A stretch of DNA of 64,000 nt. Source: Longimicrobiales bacterium. Its GTDB lineage: Bacteria > Gemmatimonadota > Gemmatimonadetes > Longimicrobiales > Gaopeijiaceae. The notes under the pieces were generated by a model. That model searched no databases. It was given only the letters and a program-made list of their open reading frames with translations, and was not told the DNA's origin. Position numbers and translations under genes: made by a program. Location of the stretch: contig OZ250165.1 of NCBI GenBank assembly GCA_965238005.1, forward strand, positions 1,856,001-1,920,000. Reading direction: 5' to 3'. Positions 1 to 10,652 of this stretch are shown here, piece by piece (position 1 is the stretch's first letter; each line of letters starts with the position of its first letter).

Positions 1-279
1 CGACACCGCCACAGGTATGAGGTCAACAACGAATACCGTGAGCTTTTCGAGGAGCACGGCCTGATCATGTCGGGCACGTCCCCGGATGAACAACTCGTGG
101 AGATGATCGAGCTGTCGGAGCATCCCTGGTTCGTCGCATGTCAGTTCCACCCGGAGTTGAAGAGCCGTCCCACCAGGCCGCATCCGCTGTTCGCCTCCTT
201 CATCGAGGCCGCGGTCGCCCACCTGAACCAGCCGAGCTCGGCCCCCCAGACGGAAGCCGTGATGGCCGCCGGGGAATGA
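1..279 (+). CDS. pyrG: CTP synthase, C-terminal part (5' truncated by window)
   Basis: Frame 1 reads [10 protein letters not shown]...[12 protein letters not shown], the PyrG glutaminase-domain motifs; lies upstream of kdsA. Confidence 0.95.
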   Translation, partial: RHRHRYEVNNEYRELFEEHGLIMSGTSPDEQLVEMIELSEHPWFVACQFHPELKSRPTRPHPLFASFIEAAVAHLNQPSSAPQTEAVMAAGE

Positions 280-1094
280 TGCTCGACGCATTCACGCTCA
301 TCGCGGGCCCCTGCGTACTGGAGGACGACGAGCTCAATCTCGAGATCGGCCGCCAACTGGCTCTCCTTTCGTCTGTTCTGGGGCTGCCGGTCGTGTTCAA
401 GGCATCGTTCGACAAAGCGAACCGGTCGCGACCGGACTCTGCGAGGGGACCGGGCCTGGACGAGGGACTCGACCTCCTCCATCGGGTCAAGGGCGAGACC
501 GGGCTTCCGGTTCTCACGGACATCCACGAAGCGGGCCAGGCGGCAGCCGCAGCCCAGGTCGCCGATGTTCTACAGATCCCGGCGTTCCTCTGCCGCCAGA
601 CCGATCTGTTAACTGCCGCAGGCGCTACCGGGAAGGTCGTCAACGTGAAGAAGGGGCAGTGGATGTCCCCCGACGACATGCTTGGCGCCGTGGAGAAGGT
701 GCAGCGCGCCGGGGCCTCTCAGGTGGCGATAACCGAGAGGGGGACCTTCTTCGGGTATGGGGACCTGGTCGTCGACATGCGCTCCTTCCAACGCACGCGT
801 AACGCCTGTGGCGTTCCGGTCATCTTCGACGGGACCCACTCCGTACAGCGTCCCGGCCAGGCCGACGGATCCAGCGCGGGCGATCCGGAGTTCACGGCCC
901 CACTCGTGCGAGCCGCTGTGGCGGCAGGCTGCGATGGGTTGTTTCTGGAAACTCATCCGAACCCCGGCCAGGCGCCCTCCGACAGCAGCAACATGCTTCA
1001 TCTCGACGATCTGAAGGCACTCTTGGAGGAGGCCCTCGCTGTGCGCGCCTCCCTCGCCGGCGTAAGGCCTCCCGCTCCCTCGCCTACGGCCTGA
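276..1094 (+). CDS. kdsA: KDO-8-phosphate synthase
   Basis: [41 protein letters not shown] motifs; ATG overlaps pyrG stop. Confidence 0.95.
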   Translation: MMLDAFTLIAGPCVLEDDELNLEIGRQLALLSSVLGLPVVFKASFDKANRSRPDSARGPGLDEGLDLLHRVKGETGLPVLTDIHEAGQAAAAAQVADVLQIPAFLCRQTDLLTAAGATGKVVNVKKGQWMSPDDMLGAVEKVQRAGASQVAITERGTFFGYGDLVVDMRSFQRTRNACGVPVIFDGTHSVQRPGQADGSSAGDPEFTAPLVRAAVAAGCDGLFLETHPNPGQAPSDSSNMLHLDDLKALLEEALAVRASLAGVRPPAPSPTA

Positions 1095-1100
1095 CTGTCC

Positions 1101-1670
1101 ATGGAGGAGCGACGCGAAGGGATCGCCCCGGACGTGGCCCGGACCATCCGGCTGGTCGTGTTGGACGTGGATGGGGTACTCACCGACGGAGGGGTCTACA
1201 TCGGGGCCGAGGCCGGTGGCGAAACGCTCGAGCTCAAGCGCTTCGATATCCAGGACGGCCTGGGCGTAAAGATGCTCGGCTGGGCCGGTATCGAGGTGGT
1301 CATCGTATCGGGACGGGTGTCCGAGGCCACTGCCCGCCGTGCCGAGGAGCTGGGGGTGACGGAGTGCCATCAGGACCCGGGCGCAGCCAAGCTGCCCGTG
1401 GTGCGAGCGCTGCTGGAGGAGCGCGGCGTAGGATGGGATGAGACGGCCATGGTGGGAGACGATCTCGCCGACCTGCCCGTGCTGGAGCGCGTCGGCCTTG
1501 CGGTAGCCGTGCCCAACGCCGTCCCCGAAGTGCACGCCGTGTCCCGATGGACTACCGCGGCGCCCGGCGGAGCCGGTGCGGTGCGGGAGTTCGCACGAGC
1601 CCTGCTGATGGCCAGAGGTGAATGGGAGGGACTGGTTCGGGAGTACTGTGACGCCCGCTCAGGATCCTGA
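1101..1670 (+). CDS. kdsC: KDO-8-phosphate phosphatase (HAD family)
   Basis: LDVDGVLTDG and GDDLAD motifs; kds context. Confidence 0.92.
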   Translation: MEERREGIAPDVARTIRLVVLDVDGVLTDGGVYIGAEAGGETLELKRFDIQDGLGVKMLGWAGIEVVIVSGRVSEATARRAEELGVTECHQDPGAAKLPVVRALLEERGVGWDETAMVGDDLADLPVLERVGLAVAVPNAVPEVHAVSRWTTAAPGGAGAVREFARALLMARGEWEGLVREYCDARSGS

Positions 1671-1674
1671 CGCC

Positions 1675-2661
1675 ATGACCGGCCCCGAAGCGCAGATCGA
1701 TTCGGATCGGGTTCTCCGGGAGGCCAGACGTGTCCTGGAGGTCGAGGCCAGGTCCGTCGAGTGCCTGGTGGACCGCGTGGGCGAGGACTTCGTGGAGGCC
1801 GTGGGCCTTCTCGCCCGCTGTACCGGCCGTGTCATCGTATCCGGCATCGGCAAGAGCGGCATCATCGGCCGTAAGATGGCGGCCACGTTCACCTCCACGG
1901 GAACACCGGCGAACTTTCTTCACCCGGTGGAGGGGCTCCACGGCGACCTCGGGATCGTGGGGCAGGACGACGTCGCCATCCTGGTCTCCAAGAGTGGGGA
2001 AACCTCGGAGCTGTCCCGGCTTGTGGATTATCTCCTCCGGGCTAGCGTCGCCATCATCGCGTTGACGGGTGAGCCGGAGTCTCCCCTTGCCGCTCTTTCC
2101 ACCGTGGCGCTGGACTGTTCGGTGGACGAGGAAGCCTGCCCCATGGACTTGGCCCCCACGTCTTCCACCACCGCCACTCTGGCCATGGGAGACGCCCTGG
2201 CGGTGGTTCTACTCCAGCAGAAGGGCTTCAGGAAAGAGGACTTCGCGCTTCTCCATCCCGGTGGATCCTTGGGACGAAAGCTCACGTTGCGTGTAGAAGA
2301 CGCGATGATCGTCGAGGGGTATCCTCATCTCCACAGCGAGGCCTTCATGCGGGACTGTATCGTGCCACTGGCCGAGCAGCGGGGGACGGTGCCCATCGTC
2401 GATGGTAGCGAGAAGGTCATCGGGGTCATCACCGCCGGCGACCTGACCCGTCTCATGGAGCACCGAGAGGACTTTCTGGACGTGCCTGTCACCGAGGTGA
2501 TGACCACGTCTCCCAAGGTGGCCCGGGCGGACGAGCTCGGCTCGGCCGCAGTCCACCGGATGGAGTCTCACGGCATCATGGCGCTTCCCGTGGTGGATTC
2601 CGACCACCGCCTGAAGGCGATGGTTCACCTTCATGACCTCATGAAGGCAGGGGCCCTATGA
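1675..2661 (+). CDS. kdsD: Arabinose-5-phosphate isomerase, KpsF/GutQ family (SIS + CBS)
   Basis: GIGKSGIIG, HPVEGLHGDLG, APTSSTT, HPGGSLG and C-terminal CBS pair; start at ATG 1675 inferred. Confidence 0.93.
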   Translation: MTGPEAQIDSDRVLREARRVLEVEARSVECLVDRVGEDFVEAVGLLARCTGRVIVSGIGKSGIIGRKMAATFTSTGTPANFLHPVEGLHGDLGIVGQDDVAILVSKSGETSELSRLVDYLLRASVAIIALTGEPESPLAALSTVALDCSVDEEACPMDLAPTSSTTATLAMGDALAVVLLQQKGFRKEDFALLHPGGSLGRKLTLRVEDAMIVEGYPHLHSEAFMRDCIVPLAEQRGTVPIVDGSEKVIGVITAGDLTRLMEHREDFLDVPVTEVMTTSPKVARADELGSAAVHRMESHGIMALPVVDSDHRLKAMVHLHDLMKAGAL

Positions 2662-3215
2662 TCATGACACACAATAGTTTAACGATCCTAGTGCTCGCCT
2701 TGTCGTGGGGACTGGCCGCCTGCGAGAGCCCACGTCAGCAGGCGGTGGTAGACCCTGAGTTAGAGAGCATCCAGGCGGACTACATCATCTACGGAAACAC
2801 GCACTACCTGACGCGCGAGGGGATTCGGGAAGCCCTGGTCGTGGCCGACACCGCCTACTTCTTCAATGACTCGACGGTGGTCCTGCTCAGGGGTAACGTG
2901 ACGCTGACCACCTATCACGAGGACCTCGGGACCGAGAAAGCGGTGGTCAAGTCCGACCGAGGCCGCCTCGACACCGACGACAACTCCATGATCGCCCAGG
3001 GCAACGCGGTGCTCCTGATCGCAGACGGCGAACGGAGGATCGAGAGCTCGGAGCTCAACTATAGTCCTGAGCAGGACAAGATATGGAGCGACTCGGCCAC
3101 CGTGATGTACGAGGGCCAGAGTATCGTGGAGGGAAGCGGTTTCGATGCGGACTTGAACTTCGACCAGGTGCGGGTGCGGAACGCCCGCACCCGCGGTGGC
3201 ACCGTCCGCTTCTGA
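2658..3215 (+). CDS. lptC: LPS export ABC transporter periplasmic protein LptC
   Basis: N-terminal anchor/lipobox (LAAC), beta-jellyroll-like sequence, position between kdsD and lptA/lptB. Confidence 0.8.
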   Translation: MIMTHNSLTILVLALSWGLAACESPRQQAVVDPELESIQADYIIYGNTHYLTREGIREALVVADTAYFFNDSTVVLLRGNVTLTTYHEDLGTEKAVVKSDRGRLDTDDNSMIAQGNAVLLIADGERRIESSELNYSPEQDKIWSDSATVMYEGQSIVEGSGFDADLNFDQVRVRNARTRGGTVRF

Positions 3216-4990
3216 TGCGGTGCCCACTCTCATTCCTTGGAGTCACACCGGTCCTGTTCCTGTTGGCGGTGACCAATCTCCCCGCTCAGAACAGAACCTG
3301 TGACCTCATCGACTCCCGCCTGGTCAGTTCCGTAACCGAGAGGGGAGGGCGGGTCAGTCATGTGTCCCTCCCACGCTTCCTCTGTACCGACGGTACCCGC
3401 ATCGAAGCCGACAGCTCGGTGACCTTCGAGGCGAACTCCTTCACGCAGCTTTTCGACAACGTCCTCTTCCGCGACGGCACCCAGGAGCTCGAGGCCGAGC
3501 GGGCACAGTACTTCAGCCGAGCGGGACGTTTGCAGGCACAGGGCTCAGTGCGTCTCACGGACCTGGACGACGGCTCCACCATCACCGGGGAGAACCTGGT
3601 CATGCTCCAGGAGGGGGACGAGCGCCCAGAGGACGACGTGACGATCCGTGGGGGTCGGCCCCACGCTCGTTTCTTCTCGAAGGCGGTGCCGGTATCCGAC
3701 AGCCTTCAGGCTGACGAGACTCAGCGGGACGGCGTCGAAGTAGGACCTCCGCTCCCGGATACAACCGCCGGACTTCCGCCCCCTGCCGACACGCTGGCCG
3801 GTCAGGACGAGCCTCCCGACACCGTGGAGGTCGAGCCTTCCGACACCGTGGAGGTCGAGCCTTCCGAGATCGAGCCGGCAGAAGTCGAGGCTATGGAGCC
3901 CGAGCCTCCACCAGGGCCTCCGACGCCCTTCGACGTCGATGCCGACCTGATCCGCCTGGTGGGAGACCGCCTCTTCCAAGCCCGGGGTCGGGTGGAGGTC
4001 CGGCGGGATTCGCTTCTCTCCTACGGGGACTCTATGGAGTACCAGCAGGATGTAGGTACCCTGACCCTCTTCCGGAATGCACGCCTCCTCTCTCCGGACG
4101 CGGAATCGGGGGACACGCTCGACGTGAGGGGCGACACCATCGACATGCGACTTCCGAGTAACCGCATCGACGAACTCGAGGCTCGTGGGCACGCGCAACT
4201 GGTCACGGACGCCGTAGACATGAAGGGCCCTATCCTCCGGATCTTTTTCGCTCAGGAAGAGCTGGACCGCATCGTATCGGTCATGGGCGCCCACGCGGAG
4301 GAGGTCGAAGAGGAGCCCCCGCCACAGCCGGCGGCCCAGGAGCTCGAGGATTCTCTCGAAGCTGAGATGGAGGACCCCTTCGCCCGACCCCAGGCCACGG
4401 CCGAGGACTTTTTTCTCACAGGTGACTCAATCGAGGTGAAGACCCCGGGCGGCGAGCTGGAGAGTGTCTTTGCGTCCGGACACGCCCACGGAGTCTCCAA
4501 TGTCCGGGATTCCCTGAACGCCGAGGACGCGCCGGAGCTCATCCGGCACGACTGGATCGAGGGTCAGACCATTACGGCCACGTTCGTTACGAGCCAGAGC
4601 GATTCCACCATCCCGCCGGCTGTCACCGTGGAGGGGAACGAAAGTCGATACCGTCTCGACAAGCTGGTGGCACAGGGTGCCGCCCGGAGTTTCTATCGTT
4701 CCGCCCCCGACTCGACCTCGACGCCTGGGGGTGGCCAGGGCCCTCTCGAGCTCAACTACGTGCTGGGCGACGAGATCAGGCTGTTCATGAAGGACGGAGA
4801 AGTGGATCGCATGGAGGTGGACAACGCCACAGGTGCGTATTTTCAGCCCCAGCCCGGCTTCGTGACTCCTGCGGCGGATACGGTGCCTCCTCCGCCTCCG
4901 GATACCACGTCCACCCCGCGCGGGCAAGGCAACCCGCCACAGGAAAGCCGCACGAATGAGCGACTTCGATCCGGACCTCGCAACCGCTGA
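3215..4990 (+). CDS. Large OstA/LptA-like periplasmic LPS transport protein
   Basis: Signal peptide from ATG 3215 (overlaps lptC stop), repeated beta-strand OstA-like segments, position between lptC and lptB. Confidence 0.7.
   Translation: MRCPLSFLGVTPVLFLLAVTNLPAQNRTCDLIDSRLVSSVTERGGRVSHVSLPRFLCTDGTRIEADSSVTFEANSFTQLFDNVLFRDGTQELEAERAQYFSRAGRLQAQGSVRLTDLDDGSTITGENLVMLQEGDERPEDDVTIRGGRPHARFFSKAVPVSDSLQADETQRDGVEVGPPLPDTTAGLPPPADTLAGQDEPPDTVEVEPSDTVEVEPSEIEPAEVEAMEPEPPPGPPTPFDVDADLIRLVGDRLFQARGRVEVRRDSLLSYGDSMEYQQDVGTLTLFRNARLLSPDAESGDTLDVRGDTIDMRLPSNRIDELEARGHAQLVTDAVDMKGPILRIFFAQEELDRIVSVMGAHAEEVEEEPPPQPAAQELEDSLEAEMEDPFARPQATAEDFFLTGDSIEVKTPGGELESVFASGHAHGVSNVRDSLNAEDAPELIRHDWIEGQTITATFVTSQSDSTIPPAVTVEGNESRYRLDKLVAQGAARSFYRSAPDSTSTPGGGQGPLELNYVLGDEIRLFMKDGEVDRMEVDNATGAYFQPQPGFVTPAADTVPPPPPDTTSTPRGQGNPPQESRTNERLRSGPRNR
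3816..3867 (+). repeat. 24-bp in-frame tandem repeat (CCGACACCGTGGAGGTCGAGCCTT x2+), encodes DTVEVEPS
   Basis: Read directly. Confidence 0.9.
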
Positions 4991-5846
4991 GGCGGCGGAA
5001 CGGGATTCGGTGACCACCGTGCTCCCCGAATCACCGGCTCCCATGAGCCGTCTCTATGGTGAGGGGCTGACCAAGATCTATCGGAAGCGTCGGGTCGTGG
5101 ACGACATCGCCATCTCCGTCACGCAGGGCGAGATCGTAGGGTTGTTGGGTCCGAACGGGGCGGGGAAGACCACCACGTTCTACATGCTCGTGGGACTCAT
5201 CCCCTCCGACGGGGGGAAGGTCTACCTCGATGACCGGGAGCTCACCGACATTCCCATGTTCCGCCGGGCCCGGATGGGTGTGGGCTATCTGGCACAGGAG
5301 CCCTCGGTCTTCCGAAAGCTCACCGTCGAACAGAACGTGAAGGCGATCCTCGAGACCCTGAAGCTTCCCAAGGCTGAGGAGCAAGCCCGTCTGGAAGAGC
5401 TTCTGAGCGAGCTCGGACTGGGTCAGCTGCGTGACAACAGGGCCTATTCCCTCTCGGGCGGGGAGCGTCGGCGCCTGGAGATCACTCGCGCCCTCGTGCA
5501 GCGTCCCAAGTTCATGCTACTCGACGAGCCCTTTGCAGGCATCGATCCCATCGCGGTCCACGACATTCAGGACATCGTGGGCAGCCTGAAACAGCGGGGG
5601 ATCGGGGTCATCATTTCCGATCACAACGTAGAACAAACCCTGGAGATCGTGGATCGGGCATACATTATGTATGAGGGCCGGATTCAGGTGAGGGGCACCG
5701 TCTCCGAGTTGGTCTGGAACGAAGAGGTGGCGGAGATCTACCTGGGACCGACTCTGACCCAGCGCATGCGTCACCGCTACGCCCGGCCCCCGGAGGCGGA
5801 CAGCGGGGTGGTGGAGGAGCCCGAGACCGACGAGAAGGATTCGTAG
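4956..5846 (+). CDS. lptB: LPS export ABC transporter ATP-binding protein
   Basis: [44 protein letters not shown]. Confidence 0.95.
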   Translation: MSDFDPDLATAEAAERDSVTTVLPESPAPMSRLYGEGLTKIYRKRRVVDDIAISVTQGEIVGLLGPNGAGKTTTFYMLVGLIPSDGGKVYLDDRELTDIPMFRRARMGVGYLAQEPSVFRKLTVEQNVKAILETLKLPKAEEQARLEELLSELGLGQLRDNRAYSLSGGERRRLEITRALVQRPKFMLLDEPFAGIDPIAVHDIQDIVGSLKQRGIGVIISDHNVEQTLEIVDRAYIMYEGRIQVRGTVSELVWNEEVAEIYLGPTLTQRMRHRYARPPEADSGVVEEPETDEKDS

Positions 5847-5864
5847 CGAGCTGCACACGACTTC

Positions 5865-7367
5865 ATGAGCGCATACAGCATCAAGCTCTTCCAGAGCCAG
5901 CAGCTCCGTCAGGAGATGAAGATCAACCCTCGCCTATATCAGGCGATGGAGTTGCTCTATATGCCCCTCCTGGACCTCCAGCAGCACCTCAAGGCGGAGC
6001 TGGAGGGGAATCCGTTCCTAGAGATGACCGAAGCCGACGAGGACGAGGTCGAGCTCCAGGAGGACGGCAAGGACGATCCACCCGACGACGAGATCGACTG
6101 GGAGGAGATTCTGCTGGACGGCTTCGACGCCGGGGGGCGCAGGGAGCAGTACGAGGCGAGAGAGTTCTTCCAGCGGGTGCCCGTGGAGACGGCGGATTTG
6201 AGGGATCACCTCCACGAGCAGCTTCGGATGCTCGACATCGCCGAGCGGGAGATGCGACTTGGCGAGGAGATCATCGGCAACGTGAATGACGTGGGCACGC
6301 TCACCTGCGATCTGGACGACGTCCTCCGGGGGGTGAATGGCTGGCTCAAAGACATGCGTCCCGCCGCTCAGGCCGAGATCGACGCCATCGATGACGAGGA
6401 CGAGCGGGCCGCTGGGCAGACCGAGCTGGAGGAGCTTTTCCGACTCTATGAAATGGAGGAGGCCGAAGCGATGCTCGCCAGCGTGCAGGCCTTCGATCCT
6501 CCGGGCGTGGCGGCGAGGAATATTCGCGAGTCGATCCTCATCCAGCTCCGCATGCTTGGGAAGGGCGACACCCAGACGTACCGCGTGGTGGAGGATCACT
6601 TCGAGGACCTCATCAACCATCGATGGGTCGACGTCGCACGTGAGCTGGGGATCAAGCCCATCGAGGTCCAGGACGCGGCCGACGAGATATCCAAGCTCGA
6701 CCCCAAACCCGGACTCAAGTACTCGGCCGACCCCGACCGCTACATCATCCCCGACCTCATCGTCGAGAAGATCGACGGTGAGTACATGGTCTTCGTCAAC
6801 GACACGAGCCTTCCCCGGCTCCGCCTCTCCCAGTCCTACCGGGATGTCGCGAAGAACAAGAGCCAGTTCAAGGGCGAGAACAAGGAGTTCATCTCCCGGA
6901 AGCTGAACTCGGCAAGCTGGATGATCCAGGCAATCGAGCAGCGACGACAGACCATGTTGAAGGTGATGGGCTTCATCGTGGACCGGCAGCGGGACTTCTT
7001 CGAGTACGGCGTCCAGCACCTGAAGCCCCTCACGCTGCGTGAGATCGCGGACCACATCGAGATACATGAATCGACCGTCTCGAGGGTCACTAACGAGAAG
7101 TACGTTCAGACGCCCCGTGGAGTGCTTCACCTCAAGTTCTTCTTCTCCAGTGGACTCGCCACCACGAGTGGAGAGGACATCTCGGCCAGGGGCGTGAAGG
7201 ACAAGATCCAAAAGCTCATCGACCGGGAGGCTCCGCGGAAGCCTCTCACCGACCAGAAGATCGTGGAGCTGCTCAAGAGCGACGGCCTGAAGATCGCCCG
7301 GCGGACTGTCGCGAAGTACCGTGATCAGCTGGGGATTTTGCCGGCCCGCATGCGGCGACGCGTCTGA
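5865..7367 (+). CDS. rpoN: RNA polymerase sigma-54 factor
   Basis: Gln/Leu-rich N-terminus, HESTVSR, RpoN box ARRTVAKYR. Confidence 0.97.
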   Translation: MSAYSIKLFQSQQLRQEMKINPRLYQAMELLYMPLLDLQQHLKAELEGNPFLEMTEADEDEVELQEDGKDDPPDDEIDWEEILLDGFDAGGRREQYEAREFFQRVPVETADLRDHLHEQLRMLDIAEREMRLGEEIIGNVNDVGTLTCDLDDVLRGVNGWLKDMRPAAQAEIDAIDDEDERAAGQTELEELFRLYEMEEAEAMLASVQAFDPPGVAARNIRESILIQLRMLGKGDTQTYRVVEDHFEDLINHRWVDVARELGIKPIEVQDAADEISKLDPKPGLKYSADPDRYIIPDLIVEKIDGEYMVFVNDTSLPRLRLSQSYRDVAKNKSQFKGENKEFISRKLNSASWMIQAIEQRRQTMLKVMGFIVDRQRDFFEYGVQHLKPLTLREIADHIEIHESTVSRVTNEKYVQTPRGVLHLKFFFSSGLATTSGEDISARGVKDKIQKLIDREAPRKPLTDQKIVELLKSDGLKIARRTVAKYRDQLGILPARMRRRV

Positions 7368-8329
7368 TGGAGCAGGCCGTCCAAGCAGGGGAGTCCGCCG
7401 GCCGGCTTTCGTCCGAAGCCCGCCGGGACTTCGCCGTGGTGATTCCAGCTTTCAACGAAGCCCCCATGGTGCCGGATCTCATCGCCGAGCTCAGGGCCAC
7501 CTTCAAGCGCTTCGAGCTGGACGGCGAGATTCTGGTGGTGGACGACGGATCCACCGACGGAACCGGCGACCTGGTCGAGAAGGAGGCCGACGGGTGGGGA
7601 CAGGTGCGGGTGCTTCGCCACCGAACCAACATGGGTAAGACCGAAGCGATGCTCACGGCGGCCCGGTCCTCCGATCGCACGTTCCTCGTGCTCTTCGACG
7701 CCGATCTCCAGCACTTCCCCGACGAGATTCCACGCTTCCTGGAGCGGCTCCACGACGGCTCCGACATCGTCACGGGTCGAAAGGTGGGCGCCTACGACAA
7801 GCGTGTTGTGTCGTCCCTCTACAACGCGCTGAGCCGGCGCATCTTCCGTGTCCCCGTAAGCGACCTCAACTCCATGAAAGCGTTCCGGCGGGAGATCCTG
7901 GAAGAGCTCCATCTGCGTCACGACTGGCATCGGTTCTTCGTGGTCCTGGCCCACGCCCGGGGCTACTCGGTGAGTGAGATCGACATCGAGCTCCACCCCA
8001 GGCGAGCCGGCGTCTCGAAGTATACGGGCTTCTTCCGGATCGTCGTGGGCGTGATGGATCTCCTGTCGGTCTGGTTCCTACTCCTTTTCTCTCGGAAGCC
8101 CCTCCTCCTCTTCGGATTCAGCGGCGCCGCCCTGATCGGTCTCGGCGCCGTCGTGGGCGGGGTAGCCTTCTACCTCCGCTTCGTCGAGGGCTTCGGCTTC
8201 CGTCCGCTCCTCTATTTCGTCATCCTGCTCGAGACCGTGGGCTTTCTCCTGGTCGGCTTCGGCCTGATCGCCGAGATGGTGGCACAGCTTCGGGAAGAGG
8301 TCGACTCGCTCAAGCGCGGGGCTCGTTGA
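7367..8329 (+). CDS. GT2 polyprenol-phosphate glycosyltransferase (ArnC/GtrB-like)
   Basis: VIPAFNE, VDDGSTD, DADLQ motifs, two C-terminal TM helices. Confidence 0.88.
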   Translation: MEQAVQAGESAGRLSSEARRDFAVVIPAFNEAPMVPDLIAELRATFKRFELDGEILVVDDGSTDGTGDLVEKEADGWGQVRVLRHRTNMGKTEAMLTAARSSDRTFLVLFDADLQHFPDEIPRFLERLHDGSDIVTGRKVGAYDKRVVSSLYNALSRRIFRVPVSDLNSMKAFRREILEELHLRHDWHRFFVVLAHARGYSVSEIDIELHPRRAGVSKYTGFFRIVVGVMDLLSVWFLLLFSRKPLLLFGFSGAALIGLGAVVGGVAFYLRFVEGFGFRPLLYFVILLETVGFLLVGFGLIAEMVAQLREEVDSLKRGAR

Positions 8330-9513
8330 GCGCGTCGTCCGTTCGACCTCCGCGAGTCCTCGCCGTGGTCGGGACACGGCCGGAAGCCATCAAGATGGCC
8401 CCGGTGGTGGGAGCCCTGGAGAGGAGCGATGGCGTGGAGACTCGTCTCGCCCTCACCGGGCAGCACAGTGACCTCCTCGACCAAGCCCTGGAGGCATTCG
8501 GCCTAGAGCCCGACTACGACCTGGGGATCATGCGGGAGGGCCAGACCCTCTACGACGTGGGCCGGGGCTGCCTGGAGGGCCTCAGGGAGGTCATCCAGGC
8601 CTACGGCCCGGACATGGTGCTGGTTCAGGGCGACACCGCCACGGTCTTCTTCGCCTCCCTGGTGGCCTTCTTCGAGAAGGTCCAGGTCGGTCACGTTGAG
8701 GCGGGTCTGCGCTCCCGGGACAAGTGGGCACCCTTTCCGGAGGAGGTGTTCCGGCGGCTCACCGATGTCATCACGGACCTCCACTTCGCCCCCACGCTTA
8801 CGGCCGCCGAGAGCCTCCTGGCAGAGGGCGTGAGGCCCGAGCACCTTCACGTCACGGGCAACACGGTCGTGGACGCACTTCTGGAGGTTGCCGCCGTGGA
8901 GCGGGAGCCGGAAGACCCGACCCTGGCCTCCATCCTCGCGGACCAGGACCACCGCCTGGTGCTCCTGACCGCGCATCGCAGGGAGTCTTTCGGTCAGCCC
9001 CTCAGCGACGTCTTTGCAGCCGTGCGGCGGATCGCCGACGAGCACGGGGACGTCAATGTACTCTATCCCGTCCACCCCAACCCCAACGTCGTGGAGTCGG
9101 CCGAGGAGCTCCTGGGTGATCATCCACGCGTCCACCTGGTGGAACCCTTGCCGTACCTCGATCTGGTGACGGCACTGAGGCATGCTCACCTGATCCTAAC
9201 GGATTCCGGCGGCATTCAAGAGGAAGCACCCACCTTCGGCACGCCCGTGCTCGTGCTACGAGAGGTCACGGAGAGACCCGAGGGTATCGAGGCCGGCGTG
9301 GCGCGACTCGTGGGCACAGACGGCGGGCGCATTGTGGCGGAGGCTGCGGAGATCCTCGCTCAGGGTACGCCCGCCTCGGACGCAAGAGCGGAAGGCCCCG
9401 AGCGCACCCCCAACCCCTACGGAGACGGGAGGGCAGGGGAGCGCATCGCCGACATCGTCATCTCGGCCCTGACCGGCTCCGCCCGCTCGACGTCGGATTG
9501 GGAGGGGCCATGA
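8326..9513 (+). CDS. wecB: UDP-N-acetylglucosamine 2-epimerase (non-hydrolysing)
   Basis: GTRPEAIKMAP, TGQH, HVEAGLRS, TDSGGIQEEA, NPYGDG. Confidence 0.95.
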   Translation: MSASSVRPPRVLAVVGTRPEAIKMAPVVGALERSDGVETRLALTGQHSDLLDQALEAFGLEPDYDLGIMREGQTLYDVGRGCLEGLREVIQAYGPDMVLVQGDTATVFFASLVAFFEKVQVGHVEAGLRSRDKWAPFPEEVFRRLTDVITDLHFAPTLTAAESLLAEGVRPEHLHVTGNTVVDALLEVAAVEREPEDPTLASILADQDHRLVLLTAHRRESFGQPLSDVFAAVRRIADEHGDVNVLYPVHPNPNVVESAEELLGDHPRVHLVEPLPYLDLVTALRHAHLILTDSGGIQEEAPTFGTPVLVLREVTERPEGIEAGVARLVGTDGGRIVAEAAEILAQGTPASDARAEGPERTPNPYGDGRAGERIADIVISALTGSARSTSDWEGP

Positions 9514-10625
9514 ACGTGGCCATGCATTGCGTCTACTTCCCGCCGGAAGTAGGCGGACTGGAAAGCCACGTCTACTACCTCTGCCGCGGGCTGGTGGAAC
9601 GAGGGTGTAGCGTCTCCATCGTCACTTCGCGGTCCCAGCAGGGACTCCCCGCCTACGAGGTCGTGGACGGCATCCAGGTCTGGCGAACCTGGCTGCCGGC
9701 GCGAACAACCATGGGCTGGTCCCTCCACGGCGCGAGCTCCACCCCGAAGCTGGGTCAGGTCGCCCTCCGAGCCGATATCGTCCACGCCCAGGCGTTTCAG
9801 TCGGTCCTTCCTGCCTTCGTGGCCAAGCGGGCCGCCAAGATCCCGCTGGTCTCGACCTGGCACACGTCTCACTTCCTCAAGCGGGCCGAGAGCCCCTTCT
9901 GGCGCCCCATCTTCCAGCGTCTGCTCCGATGGTCGGACTACAACCTGGCGGCCAGCGTGGAGATCGCGGATGTCGCCGAGAGCCTCGCCCCCGGCGTGAA
10001 GGTCGAGGCGCTGGCCAACGGCGTGGAGACAGACGTGTTCCGCAAGGTCTCGCCGACCCTCCCCGAAACAGGGCGCAGGCGCATCGTCGTGCCCCGGCGC
10101 CTGTTCCATAAGAACGGCGTGGAGTTTCTCGTGAAGGCCATGCCCCTCATCGTGGAGCAGGTGGACGCGGAGGCCGTCATCGTGGGCGACGGGCCCGAGC
10201 GGGGGAGCCTGGAGGGTCTAGCCGGAGAGCTCGGGATGACCGACCGTATCCGCTTTCTCGGTGCCCAGACGCACTCCGAGATGCCGGGGCTCCTGAGCTC
10301 CGCCGAGCTGGCGGTCTTCCCGTCCCTCATGGAAGCCACCTCGGTGGCGGCCCTCGAGTCCATGGCCTGTGAGCTCCCCGTGGCCGCCTCCGACGTGGGC
10401 GGCCTCCCCGAGCTCATCGACGGCGAGGTGGGAGGTCTCTTCGAGTCCGGCAACCCCACGGCCCTGGCCGAGACCGTGGTCTCGCTTCTCGGCCGGGACG
10501 ACCTTTCGACGCTGGGGGCTCGGGCGAGAGCCCGGGTCGTGGAGAAGTGGAGCAACGCTCGCCTCGTGGACCGGCATCTGGAGGTGTACGGGAGCCTCAT
10601 CGAGGGCAGACACGGTCCGGCATGA
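9510..10625 (+). CDS. GT4 family glycosyltransferase
   Basis: PPEVGGLE N-terminus, GDGPER, EX7E-like region (EATSVAALE), DVGGLPE. Confidence 0.88.
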   Translation: MNVAMHCVYFPPEVGGLESHVYYLCRGLVERGCSVSIVTSRSQQGLPAYEVVDGIQVWRTWLPARTTMGWSLHGASSTPKLGQVALRADIVHAQAFQSVLPAFVAKRAAKIPLVSTWHTSHFLKRAESPFWRPIFQRLLRWSDYNLAASVEIADVAESLAPGVKVEALANGVETDVFRKVSPTLPETGRRRIVVPRRLFHKNGVEFLVKAMPLIVEQVDAEAVIVGDGPERGSLEGLAGELGMTDRIRFLGAQTHSEMPGLLSSAELAVFPSLMEATSVAALESMACELPVAASDVGGLPELIDGEVGGLFESGNPTALAETVVSLLGRDDLSTLGARARARVVEKWSNARLVDRHLEVYGSLIEGRHGPA

Positions 10626-10652
10626 ACTCGACGTCCGTGTGAGAGGAAAGTA

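Noticed and set aside
6018..7211. Long antisense or alternate-frame ORFs (also 31171-32556, 38726-40294, 40367-41743, 51504-52517, 62577-63884)
   Set aside because: Shadows of well-supported genes in high-GC DNA; no recognisable motifs
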